From assembly GCF_009914755.1 (NCBI RefSeq), contig NC_060947.1: 64,000 nucleotides of DNA; one strand, given 5' to 3'. The notes under the pieces are model-generated. The model had not been told where the DNA came from and searched no databases. It worked only from the letters and a program-made list of their open reading frames with translations. Shown here piece by piece: positions 31,630 through 44,600 of the stretch (position 1 is the stretch's first letter; each line of letters begins with the position of its first letter). The position numbers and the translations under genes are program-made. The stretch is from the human T2T-CHM13v2.0 reference genome, Homo sapiens.

Positions 31630-32600
31630 GGGCTCTCATTGTAACTAGTCTGATGACTCCTACTCTATTTGTGGTGTAGGCTGGCTAATCTGGACTACAT
31701 CAGGTCTGGTAGCATCTCTGGTATGCAACCTGGGTGATTGGGTGTCACAGAGGGATGGGTGAGCTCCCTTGAAGGCCAGCTGGTTGTATGGCCAGTCTGT
31801 AGAGAACAGCAGTAGGCTGCTTCCTTCCTTGGCTGCAGGAGATTTTCCTGATTTGCCTTGTGGTGGGCAACCTTTCAACTTTATGGGTGATGCTGCCATG
31901 TCATTTGTAGTGAGTTAATGATGCACAGAAAGGAGAGTGGGTAGATTTGTGGCAGATATGGGTTTCCTAGCAACATCATTAGCTATGCTGGACCACCATT
32001 CAGTCAGCTTTGTCTCCTGTGGCCTGATACCATGGTGACACCACATTCTCTCTGGCCACTCCATAAACCTTGCACTTATGGCTCTCTGTCTTTAGAAGGA
32101 CTGGGAAGAAAGATCACTTAGCAGTGTGCTGCTAAGATGCTGAAATCGATGGCAACGTTCCACTTTCTTTCTTTTTCCCCCGAGGCCTTTGACTGTGTAC
32201 TTTGTATGATTTGTTTCCTGGGTACAGACAGCCTTGTAACCTTTTTGTCTTATAAATGCAGAATCTTTGCTGAAGCATCCCATGTCTGTCTGACCACCAT
32301 GGCTGAGACTAAAGACTTGTTTACCAATAATGAAAATGGTATCATATTTATTTGGCTTAATTTCCACCCATTTTTTAAGGGACCACAGTCTTCATCAGAT
32401 TTCTTTTACAATATTCCAGGAATTGTAATCTACCATTTTCTTCTGTCCTGTCCTGGTCCAGCTACTGTTGTGACTCCTCAATAGCTGAAATGATTCAGTG
32501 CTCCATTGGGCCACTGCAACAAGGCCATCATTGAGGCCACCAAAGCTGTAATGGCGTCTTTGCTTCTGCACTCCAGATGAGGACTGGCTTGTTTCTGTAC
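31630..32600 (-). mobile_element. Decayed LTR-retroelement pol/integrase fossil (Gypsy-like, MamGyp-type)
   Basis: Ordered remnants on -: SHGG, VAIDF, LLSD, RPQ...LTE, ASPIKL (see findings). Confidence 0.55.
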
Positions 32601-33427
32601 ACACACTGATGCCTCTCTTTTGTGTTCCAGACACTTTAGGGTTCCTTCTTCTCCACCTATCTCCTCCTCTTCTCCTGCCCCCACTTTTTCTTCTCCTGTT
32701 ATGGTGGTCCCATTGCTGCAGGACTCAGGTCTGTGAAGGCTAGGCTTGGAGACAATCTGAGAGACAGATACAGTGATATTCTTAGAAAATTCTCTCCTCT
32801 CCTTTTCCAAACTGACCTACTGAACGTGTACCAAATTTAAACACCCCAGCCCTCCTTCTAATTGAAGAGTTCTTTTTAAAAGAGATTACTCAGCCCCTCA
32901 AGTAAATAGACCCTTGATGGCCCTGGCCCTGCTGGTCTTTTAGACAGGCTAAAGCTGTCATGCTCAAACTCTGCACCACTGACATGAAGGAAGGCCCATC
33001 AACTTCTCTATGTCTGTTTGGGCCTGTTTTAAAACATCATCAGTGTGGGCACAGAAGAATTCATTCTTCTCCCTGAGTCTCTCAGGAACTCTGCATGGCA
33101 TCCATGTTTGGAATCCTTAGCTTACTGCCCCTATGATGCCTCCTTAGAGTATGTTGTTTCCTGCTTGTTTCTGGAGCAGAGTCTAGGTGGTAGGCACTAT
33201 GAGGATGCTATGCAGAATAAGGCATGAATTCTCTTTTGAAGGAGTCTTCAGAACAGAATTTGAGATGATGTGATCAAACAAATAGGAAGAGTACTCTCTA
33301 ACAGTACTTCTGCCAGGTGGTCATATGGCCTCTGCCTGGATCTTTACCAATTTTTTCAAACACAGAGCTTTCTGCTGCAGAATAATTTGAAGCATTAGAC
33401 GTTTTTCCCTATTTAAAGCTGAAATCC

Positions 33428-33537
33428 TTGGGCAATGGGATCATAAGAAGCCCAAACTTCAGCATCATGCCATATACCCATGAAACCAACTTGAACGTAT
33501 AACCCCTGAATCTAAAATAAGAGAAAAAGAAAAAGGA
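33428..33537 (+). mobile_element. L1PB/L1PA16-type 3' tip
   Basis: agaagcccaaacttcagcatcatgccatataccca...cccctgaatctaaaata. Confidence 0.8.
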
Positions 33538-33822
33538 ATTTAAATACATGGGAGAGAGAAAGTAGTAGAAAGTATGACATGTTTAAACATTATAAAGAAC
33601 TAGTAAAATGCATGCTTATCAAATATCAACCAAGAAAAGTACAAAAGATATACTTATTTTAAAACATTAAAGCTTAACACCAAAATAAAGGAAATGATTT
33701 AAATTCACTGAAATATAAAATGCAAATGAACTATAGAGCAACAGTAGAGTTTTAGCCTATTTCTCAACATCTTCATGGAATTGATAAACCAATGTATATT
33801 GTGTTCAAAGTTCTGAGTTAAA

Positions 33823-34054
33823 TCATAGGTGGGAATTGAACAATGAGAACACTTGGACACAGGGTGGGGAACATCACACACGGGGGCCTGTCGTGGGGTG
33901 GGGGGAGGGGGGAGGGATAGCGTTAGGAGAAATACCTAATGTAAATGATGAGTTAATGGGTGCAGCACACCAACATGGCACATTTATACATATGTAACAA
34001 AACTGCACGTTGTGCACATGTACCCTAGAACTTAAAGTATATATATAAAAAAAA
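33823..34054 (+). mobile_element. Short young L1PA 3' end
   Basis: Perfect 16-bp TSD aaagttctgagttaaa (33807-33822, 34052-34067). Confidence 0.95.
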
Positions 34055-34734
34055 GTTCTGAGTTAAAATACTCATCAATTTGGAATTGCATTCCTAGCTA
34101 ATTTTTTTTCAAGATTGAGGACAAAATGTAAATTAATTCATAAAAGTAATGTAAAATAACTTTTAATTATTTATATCTATAAGAAACATAATAACATTTA
34201 AAATAAAATGCTGTTTCTTATTTTCTTAAAAGGCTGAAATCCATTTTCATAAAACTTGTTCCTAGCTGTGTCCTCTGTAGCCATACAAAATAAATAGAAC
34301 ATTTCCACTTCATGATAGCCCTTAAGATACTTGAAAACAGCTCTCATAGCTCCTCTAAGTATTTTTCCCCCAGTTGTTGTTAAAGCCGTTTTTTTTTAAC
34401 ACGTCATTGTAATAAGTAGAACATTTCTACTTCCTGCTAGCCCTTAAGTTATTTGGAAACAGCTCTCATAGCCTCTCGAAGTATTTTTTCCCCAGTTGTT
34501 GTTAAAGCCATTTTTTTAACATGTCATTGTCATTCTCCTCTATATATTCTTTTATTTTACAATGCCCTTGTTGTTTAGTGAAGCTTGGAAATAAATCCAG
34601 TACTGTAGGTGTGATCCGACCATCAAGAATCAAGCAAGAATATCATTTCTTATAATTTGAACTCCAGGCATAAATGCAGCACCTTTTATATTTTAGGAGC
34701 CCTTCATTAATATTCCCTTTCTATGATCCTGTCC

Positions 34735-35087
34735 CATGTAAGCAGAAGCTAAGAACACCAAACGCCAGCTACTTGTTCCTTCAGTACTCCCTGCATAGAG
34801 CAGTGGGATCTCTGTGGGGCCCTGGGTGAGCTAGATGACCGTGTTCTTACTATGATGTTCAACATTCATGTAGCAGCAACGGTGTTTGTTCTGTATTTAT
34901 CAGGTTTGTGGTGTGATGTTGGCTATGTCTGTAGCTACAGCCAAGTTCCCTCTGTTCCTATTTTATGAGCCTAGACATCCTGATGATTCTGTAACCTGTC
35001 TGATGATCTTTCCAATGGATTTTAGTTTTGTTTAGATCAGTCACTGTCATTTTCATTTACTTGCAACTAAGAACTCTGACTGATGCA
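34735..35087 (+). mobile_element. LTR33-like ERVL LTR
   Basis: Ends ttgcaactaagaactctgactgatgca; starts gcagaagctaagaac. Confidence 0.55.
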
Positions 35088-35209
35088 AATTCATATTAAA
35101 CATAAACTTGATTAAAATTCCATGTCTCTGACATGAACGACCATTAAGCTAAGGCTGTCCGCCATCTTAATAAATATGCATTTGGTATTTTTGAACCTAA
35201 ACACAAGGG

Positions 35210-35585
35210 GTTTTAGTTTGCTGAGGCTGCCATAACAAAATATCACCGACTGAGTGGTTTACCGACAGATTTATTTTCTCATAGTTCTGGAAACTGGAAG
35301 TCTGAGATCAAGGTGTTGGCAGGGCTAGTTTCTTCTGAGGCCCCTCTCCTTTGTTTACAGGTGGCTACCTTCTCGCTGTGTCCTCACATAGCCATCTGTT
35401 TGTCTGTGTGGGTACATGTCTGTGTGTCCAAATCTCCTCATCTTATAAGAACACCAATCATATTGGATTAGAATTCACCCTAAAGACCTTATACCTCATC
35501 TCCAAATACCATTACATTCTGAGGTACAGGAGGTTAGGACTTCAGCATATAAATTTTTTGGGGGAAGGCAATTTAGCCCCATAAC
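35210..35585 (-). mobile_element. MLT1B/C MaLR solo LTR
   Basis: ggctgccataacaaaat...agttctgga...tcaaggtgttggcagg...cccataaca. Confidence 0.85.
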
Positions 35586-36164
35586 ACAAAGCAATCCTTG
35601 ATTGTTGTTATTAAATTCACATTCTTTAGGGTATTATTTCAAACTGTATAAAGTCTTGATTCTGCTATCATCACAGATGCGATCACTCTGATTTTGTATT
35701 ATCTGTACATTTAACAGCAAGTTAAATTTAATACCGTGTCTACATTGGTGATTTCAGGTTATTTTCTATGGGAGTAGGTATGAAAGGAACCTGTAATTTC
35801 TACACAGAATGACAAGCAAAAGAGATAAAATCTGAACCACTCAGAAGCTGAAGTGCAAACTGAAGCAAGAGTTTCAGGTTCAACCCTCTTTGGTCCCTGA
35901 AAGGTCAAGGTCGGCGTTTCAGGGTGTATTTTGAAAACAGTTAGTTTAAATTATTCATAAGCTGTTGAGTGGAGCCTGGTCCCAAATAGGGTAAATCAGC
36001 ATGCCTACATTACACCATTTTCTGGGTTGAGATTGAATTTCTAATAGGGAGCTTTAAAGTACAGTTGTTCACATGTTACAATCCGACATACACATTCATC
36101 TTACCTAATGTTACAGTGAAAGCTTTCGTTTAGTGCTTGGTTGAAATTCAGGGTGCTTGAGTTC

Positions 36165-36327
36165 ATAGCTGTGGTTCCCAGATTTAGCTGCAGACAAAAC
36201 CCCAGTGCCCAGGTTGCATCCCATACCAGTTAAAGCAGAATGTCTGGAGGTGGGAGACAGGCATCAGTATTTCTTAAAGGTTCCCCAGATGATTTCAATG
36301 TGCTGCAGAGTTTGGGAATGACTGGTC
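36165..36327. mobile_element. MER5A
   Basis: ccccagatgatttcaatgtgctgcagagtttgggaatgactg. Confidence 0.8.
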
Positions 36328-36639
36328 TATAGCATTTCTCTGATTTACTCTTCTTATACCTTATTAAGTACACACAATCACACACACACATGCATACACA
36401 CAGTTCATTTGGGAAGTCATGGTGACACATACAGATTATCTGCATCATTAAATTCAACTATCTGTTTCACAATTAATTTCAGAATTTGTCAGAAGATCTA
36501 TAGTGAGCCAGCCTGTGTGGAGTTTCTAGTATCCTCCTTTTCCCCGATGTTTGAAAATCAGTATATCTCTTTATGGCTTGAAATCTTGTGGACCCCCTTC
36601 TGTTCTCTATGAATTATCAAAGTCTGCTGACTATATTTT

Positions 36640-37540
36640 TCCCTCAATTTTATTGATGTATAATTTATATACAACCAAATACATGTTTTCACAGATTTTT
36701 GAGTTTTGGCAAGTATATAAATTCTTATAATCGGGATCCCAACCAAGACAGAACATTTCTATCTTCCCAAGGATTTCCTTATCCCCCTTTGTTGCTACCT
36801 CCCACTTGCAGCCTCAAACAACCACTGATTTCTTTTACATGACTACAGATTATATTTGTCTTTTTTTTAAACCTATTCCCAAATTCAATATGCCAGGGTT
36901 TGACAACCTTCTTCTGTAAAGGGCCAGATGGAATCATATGGTGTGTACTCTTTTGCGTCTGGCTCCTTTTGCTCAATATAATGTATGTGAGATTCATCCT
37001 TCTTCTTGTGTGTGTCGGTAGCTCATTCCTTTTCATTGTTGTGTAGCATTTCATTGTATGGCTATACCACTTTGGATTGATACATTTATCTGTTGGTGGA
37101 TATTTGAGTTGTTTTTCACTTTTGGGATATTATGAATAATGCTGCTATGCACGTTGGTGGATAAGTCTTTTTTCTGGTCATGTGTTTTCATCTTCCTTTG
37201 ATAAAATACCTAGGGTTGAGATTGTTAAGTTTTATGGTAATGATATCTGTTTAACTTAAATATAGTCCCAAACTGTTTCAAAAGTGGCTGTAAACGTTCA
37301 CTCCCAGCACCAGTGTATGGGAAACCAGTTGTTACACATCCTCACCGATACTTGGTACTTTCAGTCTTAAATTTAATCATTTTCAAGTATGTATCGGTAT
37401 TTCATTGTGGTTTTAATTTGCAATTCCCTAATGACTAATGATGTGGATCGTCATCTCATGTGCTTGTTAGCCATTCTGTATCTTTTTTTGGTGAAATATA
37501 TATTCATATAATTTGCCCATTTTAAAAATTAAGCTTTATG
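36640..37540 (-). mobile_element. L1ME/MB 3' region with a short MER58 terminus at about 36893-36930
   Basis: Antisense 3' UTR and ORF2 end motifs. Confidence 0.75.
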
Positions 37541-39685
37541 TTTTTAGATTATTGCAGATTTACATGCGGTTGTAAGAAACAATACAGCAAAAGCCCATGT
37601 ACCCTTTTACCCACTTTTCTCCAATAGTAACATCTCGCAAAACTACAGCACAAAATTGTAGAGTGAGAACCAGGATATTGATATCAATACAGTCAAAATA
37701 CAGAACATTTACATCACCACAAGGATCTCTTATGTTGCTCTCATCCAATCACTTCCTAACTCACCCCCTACTTAACTGCTGGCAACCACTAATCTGTTCT
37801 TCATTTCTATAATTTTGTCATTTCAAAATGTCATATAATAGAATCATACAGTATGTAACTTTTTTGGATTGGCTTTTTCACTCATCGTAATTCTCTGGAG
37901 ATTCATCCAGGTTGTTGTGTAGATCAATAGTTCATTCTTTTTTATTGCTGAGTAGTATTCCATGGTATAGATGTACCACATTTGTTTAACCATTCACCTG
38001 TTGAAGGACATCTGGGTTGTTTCCACTTATGACCTAGTACAAGTAAAGCTTCTATGAACATTTATGTACAAGTTTTTGTGTAAATGCAAATTTTTAATTT
38101 TCTGAGATACTTACTGCAGGAGTACAATTGCTGGGTAGTACAATGATTATGTGTTTAATTTTATAGCAAACTACCATATGCTTTTCCAGAGTACTTGTGA
38201 CATTTTAAATCCCCGCAAGCAATGGATGAGTGATCCAGTCTTGCTGCATCTTTGCAAGCATTTAATGTGGTCGCTATTTTTTACTTTAGTCATTCTGATG
38301 GGTATGTAGTGATATTTCATTGTGGTTTTAATTTGCATTTCCGTAATGCCTAATAATGTTGAACATCTTTTCACATGCTTATTTGCCATTTGTATATCTT
38401 CTTCAGTGAAATGTCTCTTCATGGTTTTTGTCAATTTTCAAATTGGACTATTTATTTGTTTGTTTTCTTAACTGCTGAGTTTTGAGAGTTCTTTATGTGT
38501 TCTAAATATGAGTCCTTTGTCGGAGATATGGTTTGCAATATTTTTTCCCACTCTGTAGCTTGTCTTTGTCTTTTCATTCTGTTCACCTGGGCAGTCACTG
38601 AACAAAAGTTTTTAATTTTGAAGTCCAATTTATTTAACTTTGCCTTTTTTGTATCATGTTTTTGCTGTCAAGTATAAGAATGTCTTACCTAGCCCTGGAT
38701 CTTGAAGATTTTCTTCTATGTTTTTTTTTCTAGAAGTTGTGTAATTTTACATTTTACATTTAAGTCCGTATTAGTCCTTTTGCATTATACAAAGAAATAC
38801 CTGAGGATGGGTATTTTATAAAGAAAAGAGGTTTATTTTGGCTTACAGTCCTACAGATTGTACAGGAAGTGTGATGCTAGCATCTACTTCTGGCAAGGGC
38901 CCCAGGGAGCTCACAGTCATGGCAGAAGGTGAAGATGGAGCAGGTATATCATTTGACAAGAGAGAGTGAATAGGGGAAGTGGCACAATCTTTAAAACTAC
39001 CAGATCTCACATGAAATCAGAGTGAGAACTCACTTATTACCATGGGAGGGCAACAAGCCATGCATGAGGGATCTGTCCCCATGACCCAAACACCTCCCAC
39101 CAGGCCCCACCTCCAACATTAAGGATGACATTTCAACATGAGATTTGGAGGGGATGAAACATCCAAACCATATCAAAGTCCATGATTCCTTTTGAGGTAA
39201 TTCCTGTATAAGATGTGAGATTTAGGCCAATAATCTTTTTTAAATTTTTTGCCTATAAATGTCCAATTGCTCCAGCACCATTTGTGGAAAAGACTATTCT
39301 TCCTATTATACCTTTCTCAAAAATAATTTGGGCATATTTGTGTGGGTCTGTTTCTGAGTTCTTTATGCTATTCCATTGATGAATGTTTCTGTCCCTCTGC
39401 CAATACCACACTATCTTGATTAATGTAGTTACATGGTAGGTCTTTATATCAGGTAATGATTCCTTCTTCACAATTCTTTTACTTTTCACGATTTAGTTAT
39501 TCTTAGTACTATGCCTTTTCATATAAATTTTAGAATATACTTGTCAACATTTACAAAAGCCTGTGCTGGAATTTTTATAGAAATTGCATTCAACCTATAT
39601 ATTAATTTGAGGAGAATTGATATCTTTATTATCCAGAGTCTTCCAAATCATGAACATGGTTCATCTCTGCATTTATTTAGGTTTA
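37541..39685 (-). mobile_element. L1MC1/2-type element split by an MSTB LTR
   Basis: ORF 38171-38434 (RHFTEEDIQMANKHVKRCS) and 39253-39489 (WYWQRDRNIHQWN) are ORF2p-like. Confidence 0.85.
38768..39175 (-). mobile_element. MSTB-like MaLR solo LTR
   Basis: gtattagtcc...aaaccatatca; agtcc/aagtc flanking duplication. Confidence 0.85.
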
Positions 39686-39689
39686 CCAT

Positions 39690-40125
39690 CTTTATGGGTT
39701 GTCTTTTATCTTTGAGTCATAAGTCTTTTATATATTATTGATAAAGTTCTTGATCAGATATATGTACTGAAAATATTTTCTTCCAGTATATGGCTTAACT
39801 TTTCATTTTCATAACAGTAGTTTTAAGAGCAGAAGATGTGAGTTTTGACAGTTAATTTTATCACTTTTTTAAGTTTATAGTTTGTGTTTTATATGCCCTA
39901 AGAAATCTTTGCCTACCGCAAGACCACATATTTTCATGTGTTATTTCTTTAAGATTTACAGTTTGAACTTTTAAATTTACTTCTGTGATCCATTTTGAGT
40001 TAATTTTTGTGTGAATGTGAGATAAAGGTTGGGGTTTATAGTTTTCCATATGGATATCAAATTTTCTGGCACCATTTGTTAAATAGACTCTACTTTCTAC
40101 ATTGAATACCTTGATGCCTTTGTGG
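39690..40125 (-). mobile_element. Old L1M ORF2 fragment
   Basis: ORF 39861 contains HTKINSKWITEVNLK. Confidence 0.7.
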
Positions 40126-40127
40126 AA

Positions 40128-41645
40128 AAAGTTTGGAAAATTTGCAGCCTGGCCATGTGGTAGAAAAGAAAAACCCATTTTTCACAACAAGAATCCAGCC
40201 TGCTACAGAAATTTGCATAAGTAAAGAGGAGCCAAATGTTAATAGCCAAGACAATGGTGAAAATGCCTTGAAGGCATTTCAGAGACCTTCATCATGGCCC
40301 CTCCCATCACAGACCCAGAGGCCTAGGAGAGAAGAATGGTTTCATGGGCCAAGCCCAGGGCCTTGTTTCCCTGCACAGCCCTGGGACACTGTTTCCTGTG
40401 TTACAGCCACTCCAGCTCCAGCTGTGGCTGAAAGGGCCCCAGATATGTCTCAGACCATTGGTCCAGAGAGTACAAGCCATAAGCTTTGATGGCTTCCATG
40501 TGGTCTCAAGCATGCAGGTGCACAGAGAGCAAGAATTGATTCTTGGGAGCCTGTGACTAGATTTCAGAGGTTGTTTGGAAATGCCTGCATGTCCAGGCAG
40601 ATGTGTGCTGCAGGGGTGGAGACCTCATGGAGAACCTCAACTAGGGCAGTGCGAAGAAGAAATGTGGGTTTGGATCCCCCACACAAAGTCCCCACTTGGG
40701 CACTGCCTAAGGGAGCTATGAAAAGAGGGCCACCATCTTTCAGACCCCAGAATGGCAGATCCACCAACAGCTTGCACTGCACACCTGGAAAAGCCACAGG
40801 CACTCAACACCACCTCTTGAGAGCAACCATGGGAGCCGTGCCCTGCCGAGCCACAGGGACAGAGCTGTCCAACGCCCTGGGAGCCCAACTCTTGCACCAC
40901 TGTGGCCTGGATGTGAGACATGGAGTCAAAGGAGATTATTTGGGAGTTTTAAGATTCAGTGACTGCCTTGCTAGGTTTTGGACTTGAGCAGGGCCTGTAG
41001 CCCCTCTCTTGGCTGATTTTTCCCTTTTGCAACGGGTGCATTTACCCAATGCCTGTACAACTATTATATCTCAGAAGTTCAGAAGTAACTAAATTGGTTT
41101 TCATTTTACAGGCTTATAGGTGGAAGGGACTTGCCTTGTCTCAAATGGGACTTTGGACTGTGGAATTTTGAGTTAATGCTGAAATGAGTTAAGACTTGGG
41201 TGAATTTTGAGAAGGGATGATTGTATTTGGCAATGTAAGAAGGACATGAGATTTGAGAGGTGCCCAGAGTGGAATGATATGGGTTGGATTTGTGTCCCCA
41301 CCCATATCTCATGTCAAGTTATAATCCCCAGTGTTGGAGGAGGGGCCTAGTGGGAGGTGATTGGATCATGAAGGCAGATTTCCCCCTTGCCATTCTCATA
41401 ATAGTGAGTGAGTTCTTAAGAGATCTGGTTGTTTAAAAGTGTGTAGCACCTCCCGCTCCACTCTCTTCCTTCTGCTTCAGCCATGAAAGATGTGCCTCCT
41501 TCCACTTCAGCCATGATGGAAAGTTTTCTGAGGACCTCACCAACCATGCTTCCTGTGCAGCCTGTGAAACCAATTAAACCTCTTTTCTTTATAAATTACC
41601 CAGTTTCAGGTATTTCTTTATCACAGTGTAGAATGGGTTAATACT
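40128..41645 (+). mobile_element. MaLR (MSTA/THE1-type) internal region plus 3' LTR (41274-41645); 5' LTR absent
   Basis: ttggaaaatttgcagcctggccatgtggtagaaaagaaaaaccc internal motif; LTR tgatatgg...aattacccagtttcaggtatttc. Confidence 0.9.
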
Positions 41646-41647
41646 GT

Positions 41648-44600
41648 GGTACATGTGAAGGTTTGTTATATAGGTAAACTCACATCATGTGAGTTTGTTG
41701 TACAGATTATTTCATTACCCAAGCATTAAGCCTAGTATCCAATAGTTAAACTATTGGGATTACTATTTAAAATTTCTTTTTCACATTGTTCACTGTTGGC
41801 ATATGGAAATGCTACTGATTTTTGAATTTGGATTTTGTATCCTGCAACTATACTGAATTTGTTCCTCAGTTCTAATAGTTTTCTTGTGGAGTCTTCAGGT
41901 TTTTCTAAATATAAGATCATATTATCCTCAAACAAGGATAATTTGACTTCTTCCTTTCCACTTGGGATGCCGTTTATATCTTTCTCTTGTATGGTTGGTC
42001 TAGTTAGGAGCATTCGGTACTATGTATTCAACATGTAATGAATGCTCCTAACTAACTTCAGTACAAGCATTTGGTACTATGTTGAATAACTGGTGACAGC
42101 GGACATCCTTGTTGTGTTCCAGATCTTAGAGGAAAGGATTTCACCTTTGTCATTCAGGATGACACTAGTCATTGGTCTGTCATATATAGCTTTTATTATG
42201 TTGAGGTATGTCCCTTCTACACCCTGTTTTTGAAGGTTTTTATCATGAAGGGATGCTGAATTTTATGAAATGCTTTTTCAGCATCAATTGAAATGATCAT
42301 ATGGTTTTTATCCTTCATTTTGTTGATATGATGCAACATGTTGATTGATTTGCATATGTTGACCCATCTTTGCATCCCAGGGGTAAATCCCATTTGGTCA
42401 TGATGAATGATCTTTCTAATGTATTGACAAATTTGGTTTGTTAGTATTTTGTTGATTTTTGCATCAATATTCATCAGGGATATTGGCCTGTAGTTTTCTT
42501 TCTTTGATACATCTTTGTCTGGTATCGGTATGAGGGTAATACTGGCCTCCTAGAATGAGTTTGGGAGTGTTTCCTCCTCCTCTATTTTTAGGAATAGTTT
42601 GACTAGGATTGGTGTTATTTCTTCTTTAAATGTTTAGTAAAATGTAGCAATGAAGCCATTGGGGCCTGGTAAGTTGTATGTAGCTAGAAATTTGCCCATT
42701 TTTTCTGGATTTTCCAATTTACTGGTATATAGCTGCTTATAGTATCCATTAATGATCCTTTGAATTTTTGCAATATTAATTATAATGCTTCCTTTTTCAG
42801 TTTGGTTTTATTTATTTGGATCTTCTCTATTTTTTTTTTCTTAGTGTGGCTAAAGGTTTGTCAATTTTTTAACTTTTCAAAAAACCAACTTTTGTTTCAT
42901 TAATATTTTGTATTCTTTGTTATTTCAATTTTATTTATTTCTGCTCGGATCTTTATTATTAATTTTTGTGTAATAGTTTTGGATTTTGTTTGCTTTTGCT
43001 TTTCTAGTTCTTTAAGATGCATTGTTATATTGTTTACTTGAAGGTTTTTCTCATTATTGCTTTTGCTATATCCCATAGATTTTGGTATGTTTTATTTTCA
43101 TTATCATTTGTTTCAAGAAATTTTTTAATTTCCTTCTTGCTTTCTTTATTGACCCACTGTTTATTCATGAGCATATTGTTTAATTTCTGTGCATTTTTAT
43201 AGTTTCCAAAATTCCTTTTTAAAATTAATTTCTAGTTTTATTCCATTGTGGTCAGAGAAGAAGCTTGATAGTATTTCAATTTTTGAATGTTTGTGACCTA
43301 ACATGTGGTCTGTCTTTCAGAATGATCCATGTGCTGAGGAAAAGAATGTGTATTCTGCAGCTCTTAGATGAAATGTTCTGTAAATATCTATTAGATACAT
43401 TTGGTCCATAGTGCAGATTATGTCTGACATTTCTTTGTTGACTTTGTATGAAAGATCTGTCCAATGCTGAAAGTGGAATGTTGAAGTCTCCAGCTATTAT
43501 TGTATTGGGGCCTATCTCTCTCTCTCTCTCTCCCTCTTTCTCTCTCTCTCTCCCTTTAGCTCTAGTAATATTTTCTTTATATGTCTGGCCGCTCCAGTGC
43601 TAGGTGCAAGTATATTGAAAGTTGTTATATTCTCTTGCTGAATTGACCTCATTTTCATTATACAGTTGACCTTCTTTGTCTTTTCTTTGAGTTTTGGTCT
43701 TGAAATCTATTTTGTCTGATAAAAGTATAGCGACTCTTGCTTTTTTTGTTGTTGTTGTTTGTTTGTTTTCATTGGCATGGAATATCTCTTTTCATCCCTT
43801 TATTTTCAGTCTATGCATGTCCTTATAGGTAAAATATGTTTCTTGTAGACAACCAATCAATGGGTCTTGTGTTTTAATCCATTCAGCCAGTCTATATCAT
43901 TTGATTGGAGACAGTTGAGTCCATTTACATTCAATGTTATTATTGATAACTAAGGACTTAACCCTGCTATTTTGTTATTTGTTTTCTGGTTGTTTTGTTG
44001 TCCTCTCTTCCTTCTTTCTTTCCTTTGTTGTCTTCTTCTAATGAAGGTGATTTTCTCTGGTGATATGATTTAGTTTGTTGTTTTGTATTTTTCGTGTTTC
44101 CATTGTATGTTTTTGGTTTGAGGTTGCCATCAGGCTTGCAAATACTATCTTACAACCCATTATTTTAACCTGATAACAACTTGACGCTATTTGCATAAAC
44201 AAATAAGCTAAAAGAAAACTAATAAAAACTCTATGCCTTAACTTCATCCTCCAGATTTTTAACTTTTTGTTGTTCCTATTTACATCTTATTGTGTTGACT
44301 GTACCTTGAAAAGCTGTTGTAGTTACTATTTTAGATTGGTTCAACATTTAGTCTTGCTACTTAGAGTAAGAGTAGTTTACACATCACAGTTACAGTACTA
44401 TAATATTTTGTGTTTTTCTGTGTACTTACTATTACCAGTGACTTTTGTACCTTTTGGTGATTATTTATTGCTCATTAATGTCCTTTTCTTTCTGATTAAA
44501 TTTCTCCCTTTAGCATTTCTTGTAGGATAGGTCTGGTATTGATGAAATCCCTCAGCTTTTGTTTGTCTGGGAAAGTCATTATTTCTTCTTGTTTGAGGGA

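Larger units (their letters stand above)
33290..34680 (-). mobile_element. L3/CR1 element, split by the insertion at 33428-34229 and carrying an internal tandem duplication
   Basis: CR1 antisense motifs (ggtggtcatatggcctctgcctgga; cagtactgtaggtgtgatccgacca) continue across the insertion. Confidence 0.65.

Noticed and set aside
40133-40987. 118-aa and 144-aa ORFs
   Set aside because: Broken frames of the MaLR internal region.
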